64,000 nt of DNA, from contig JBHGNT010000004.1 in the NCBI GenBank assembly GCA_043228905.1, forward strand, positions 6,324,001 to 6,388,000. Reading direction: 5' to 3'. The stretch comes from Azolla caroliniana. Taxonomy: Eukaryota; Plantae; Polypodiophyta. Position numbers and translations under genes: made by a program. Positions 59,701 through 64,000 of the stretch are shown in pieces; position 1 is the stretch's first letter; every line of letters starts with the position of its first letter. The notes under the pieces were generated by a model. The model did not search any database and was not told where the DNA came from. It saw only the letters and a list, made by a program, of their open reading frames with translations.

Positions 59701-61758
59701 GAACGTAGCCATTTGTGCCAGTCCCCACACATTCGAGTGGACTACGTCCAATAGGCCTTTGCTCACATTCCTCTCCTTCGGGAACGGGTGCCGATGTTGC
59801 TTGCCGAATTGGCATGCTTCACATACTCCTTCGATCTCTTTCTCTTTGAAGGTCGGGAGCCCAATGACGACTTCATTCGATTGCATCGCCTTGAGTTTGT
59901 TGAGATTGATATGGCCGATTCTTTTATGCCATAGCTCTATGTCGGTGTTGAATTTGAGGCCCTTTGCATACATGGCCGATTTCACCTTGTTTGACTCGAG
60001 GATAAACATTCTACCTTCCTTTCGACCTTGAACGATGAGTCGGCCTTCCTCCTCGATGAAGCAACCACCTTGGTTGAATCAAACTTCCATCCCTTGCTCC
60101 ACTATTTGGCCGACCGAGACCAAATTCTTTGTTATGGTGGGTACATGTAATACATTTTTGATGCAAGTTTGTTCGTCGTCTTCCCCGATTGGGACATTGC
60201 CAATATGTCGAATAGGATGACTGGTGTCATCTCCAGTCTCGACATAACCGGGTAGATCCGGCTCTCGTAAGTCTCGGAACCATTCTTGACAGGACCTCAT
60301 ATGGTTCGAAGCACCGGAGTCGATGAACCATACATTTTCCGGATTGGAGGCATTAGTCGAAGTAGAGGCCAACATAGAATTTGCTCTATGTCTCATCATG
60401 AACATTCCGCCAAGGTCTTCATAATCGGAGTTAGTGGCATAATTTGTGAGTTGTCGGCTTGTGGAAGCCGACTCGCGCTTCTTCTTCCGACACTCTTCTT
60501 CATGATGGCCGATTTTTCCGCAATATCTGCATTCGATCGAGTTTTGTCAACTCGAACTGGAATAGAAGCTCCCCCTTCTTCCGAAGGTTCCTCGATGGCT
60601 CTTGTCTTGTTGCCGAAATTGGAAGTTGTTGTCGTAAGTCGAACCTTGTCCGCCGCCTCGTCCTTGGCCAAATCGGCCTCTTGCTCGGCCACGTCGCGTC
60701 CTCTTCCTCCATTCGAATGCGTGTAGAGCATGTGGCCTTCCGAGGTGTTGCTCCTTGTTCGAACATGATTTTCTTCGACCAACAACATGGATTGAAGATC
60801 GAAGAAGGAGGGTGAATTCTCTCGTGCTAGTACGGCGGTCCGCATCGCGCCGAACCGTGGTTCGATGCCGCCGAGGCATATTTGCACCATTTTGTCATCC
60901 TCCACATTGATGCTTATCGAGCCGAGTGCATCACAAAGATCCTTGATCTTCAAGGTGTAGCTTGTGATGGACATATCCTGTTGTTGGATGTTGTTCAACT
61001 CTTGGTGGAATTGAAGCTTTCGTGTCGTTGTATTGGCGACAAATATCTTCCTTAGATTCTCCCATGCTTCCTTTGGTATCATGGCTTCTCGAATGTAGAC
61101 GAGCATATGATCATGAACACATGTCGCCAAGCAATACATTACTCGACTCGCTGCTTGCTCCCATGTTGAGTAGTCGGCGTCTTCCGAGTCGGGTCAGTTT
61201 TCTTGTGCTCCCTTGATGTAACCCCAATAGCCTTGGCCAACAAGGTATTGGTGCATGTTGTACTCCCAAGATGCAAAGTTCTTTCGATCCAACTTCTCGC
61301 TAGGGAGAGCGCTCCCCATTTGACTATCATGGTGTTCGATGAAAATTTTCTTCTTCTTCTTCTCTCTTGAATACAATCTATGTAGCTGCACTACGATAGC
61401 GATGAGCCGGTTCTTCTTGAACGTCGTCGTGGAGCACAACACATGCAGATGGGCTAGATTGAGCTACCAAACCGCTCTGATACCATGTAAAGAATCGATG
61501 GTGATTGTTATGCAGTAGAATAGACTAGAGATATGTGTTGTGAGTGTGTGTGTGTGTGTGTGTTCCACTCTCTCTCTTCATTAACTACCAAAGCTCATGG
61601 GTCATGGGGAATGTGAAAACTCATTAGCTATGTGTCATAGAATATGATTCTATGACGCATAGTTAATGTGTAGATAAGAGTGGTGGCTTTTGACCTTTGA
61701 GTGCACACTCCCAAGGGTGTGTTCACACACTAGACTAGGTTGAGCTTGATTCTCAACA
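56641..61758 (-). mobile_element. Element P: degenerate full-length Copia (J-related) inserted in a LINE
   Basis: LTRs 56641-57058 and 61486-61758; TSD GATGC/CATGC; iMet PBS; gag-PR-INT-RT-RH fragments. Confidence 0.93.
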
Positions 61759-62343
61759 CATGCATTGTAACATGGTATGCCATATCATGGGACTACAAGT
61801 TGAATCAAACATTTAAATAAAGGTGGAGATGTAAATAATATAAATAACTATTGAACCATCACGATGGTTTGTTAATCACAAAACTATTTGGATGTATAAT
61901 AGAGTCAAAGGTAAGTGCATAGGCTGAAAAAAATGGTAAGAGAGACTATGGACAAGTTAGCTTTCAAAAAACGCCATAGCACCATTGATCACCATGTCAC
62001 CCTTCGAGTATTAATGGAGGAAAGTTACCTTAGAGGTAAAGGTTTATATTGTTGTTTCATAGACTTCAAGAAAGCTTTTGATATGGTACCTCGTGAGCAT
62101 CTTTGGAGGCGAATGAAAGAACTCGAGGTGCCAATTGAATATATTGTTGTGTGCGTATGAGCAATAGACTTCCAAATTATTTCAATAACACTATTAGTGT
62201 TAAGCAAGGATGCCCACTCTCACCAACTCTATTTGGTCTATGCATAGATGAATTAGAAGAAATGGTTGCAAGTTTATAAAGGAAAAATATGTTGAAGAAG
62301 TTGTCCTTGGGAATGTTGTCATTATGCTTTTGCTATATGCAGA
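61759..62343 (+). mobile_element. Non-LTR (LINE, possibly RTE-like) reverse transcriptase remnant
   Basis: FKKRHSTIDH..CCFIDFKKAFD, KQGCPLSPTLF, LLYA; 56601-56640 appears to be its upstream part. Confidence 0.85.
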
Positions 62344-64000
62344 GCAGAACGTGAGCAAAGGTCTACTCAACGTAGTCCATTCCAACGTATAGGGACCGGC
62401 ACAGACGGCTACATTCAACGGATGCCGATATTACGTGCTCTTCATCGACAACTTCTCCAGGCACACGTGGCTCTATCCGATTCAGCAAAAGAGCGAAGTG
62501 TTCAGACACTTCCAAATGTTTAAAAACAAAGTCGAAAAAGCCACTGGTCGTCATGTACGATGCCTTCGATCGGATGGTGACAAGGAGTACTTCTCGGACA
62601 ATTTCATGGCATATCTCCGAAAGGAAGGAATTCAGCGAGAATTCACTTGCCGACACACTCTGCAACAAAACGGAGTAGCCAAGCGCAAAAATTGGCACAA
62701 CCTCCAAGTAGTGCGGGCCATGATGAACGAGAAGCATATGCCCAAGTCATATTGGGCCGAAGTTGCAAGTACGGCCGTCTACCTAATGAACCGGTGCACA
62801 ACATCCGGCGTGCACGGGGTCACTCCGCACGAAAAATACTTCGGAAAGAAGCCGGACTTATTGCACACCCAAATATTCGGCGCAATAGCGTACGTGCACA
62901 TCCCCGACGAGAAGCATCAAAAGCTTGACCCGAAGTCGGAGAAATGTATCCCCGTAGGATATGCACTAGAGCAAAAGGGGTACAAGTGCTAAAACCCCTC
63001 AACTCGAAAATCTCGAGTAAGTCGAGACGTCGTTTTTGACGAGACCGCGTCCTGGTACGCACCAAAGACAACTTCGACTCTAACTCTGCTCGACCCAGAA
63101 TCCGCTGAACAAGAGATAGAGGATGAAGATCGCCTTACGCGCATGTTCAAAGAAAGTCCGATCACGACCCGACTGAGCGGACCACAAGAGCCTTTGATCG
63201 ATCAAAGCACATCACGACCTAGCCCGAAGATGGACAAAGGCAAGGCGAAAATGTCAGAATACGAAGATGATCGCTTTGACAACGATGAGTCGACTCACTC
63301 ACTGGACAGTAAGTTCGGCGGCTTCGATGTACCAATCGAAGCTAAGAAAGCCCTCATCTCTACAAATGAAAAGCTCCATCGCTCCACTCGTGAAAAGAAT
63401 TCGGTCAACCGATTCGGCTACAACGACTACATGGCATATCACTATGCCTTTATGATGAAGGTGGCGATAGTACGTGAGCCTGAAACATTTTCCGAAGCAA
63501 CCAAGGATCCGCAATGGATCGAAGCCATGAACGAGGAGATGCAGGCACTACGCAAGAACGAGACATGGGATCTCGTTCCCACCTCACCACACAAAAAGGC
63601 GATTGGATGCAGATGGATTTACAAAGTAAAGTACAATGTCGACGGTTCTGTTAGCCGCTACAAAGTGTAACTCGTAGCGAAAGGCTACGCACAAACGCAC
63701 GGAGTTGACTACGAAGAGAACTTTGCCCCAGTGGCAAAGATGATGACGGTATGGACTGTAATTGCACTTGCCGAGGCGAAAGGGTGGCACCTCCATCAAA
63801 TGGATGCCTTTCTACAAGGAGAATTAGAAGAGTAGGTGTACATGATACAACCACCCGGCTTCAACTCGAGCACCCATCCGAAAGTTGTATGCCGACTCAA
63901 GAAGCCACTCTACGGCCTCAAGCAAGCACCGCATGCTTGGCATTCAAAGATAACGCAATATCTTCATCAAATCGGCTTCCATATGTCAAAATCGGACAAC
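62344..64000 (+). mobile_element. Element Q: P-family Copia integrase-RT fragment, runs off the window
   Basis: ORFs 62435-62992 and 63143-63670 similar to P. Confidence 0.9.

Overview
Plant nuclear heterochromatin-type DNA (probably a fern or other non-seed land plant; this is inference) made almost entirely of nested LTR retrotransposons, with no host gene. Three nests are resolved by LTR ends, PBS/PPT and target-site duplications (TSDs). (1) An Athila-like Gypsy A is interrupted by Gypsy B, which holds Tnt1-like Copia C, which holds same-family Copia D. (2) Gypsy G is followed by Gypsy I, which holds Copia J, which holds a young 3.7-kb gag+protease-only element H. (3) Copia O holds Copia N, which holds Copia L, which holds an intact Copia E and a TRIM M. 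A LINE remnant carrying Copia P and a further Copia fragment Q close the window. The most unusual system is the tRNA-Trp-primed Gypsy family (B, G, I). It has a DHG protease and a predicted -1 frameshift pseudoknot. Its non-autonomous relative H has a 4-bp TSD, and its LTRs carry two divergent tRNA-like A/B-box cassettes around an RY-rich TATA promoter. Coordinates and counts were read by eye.
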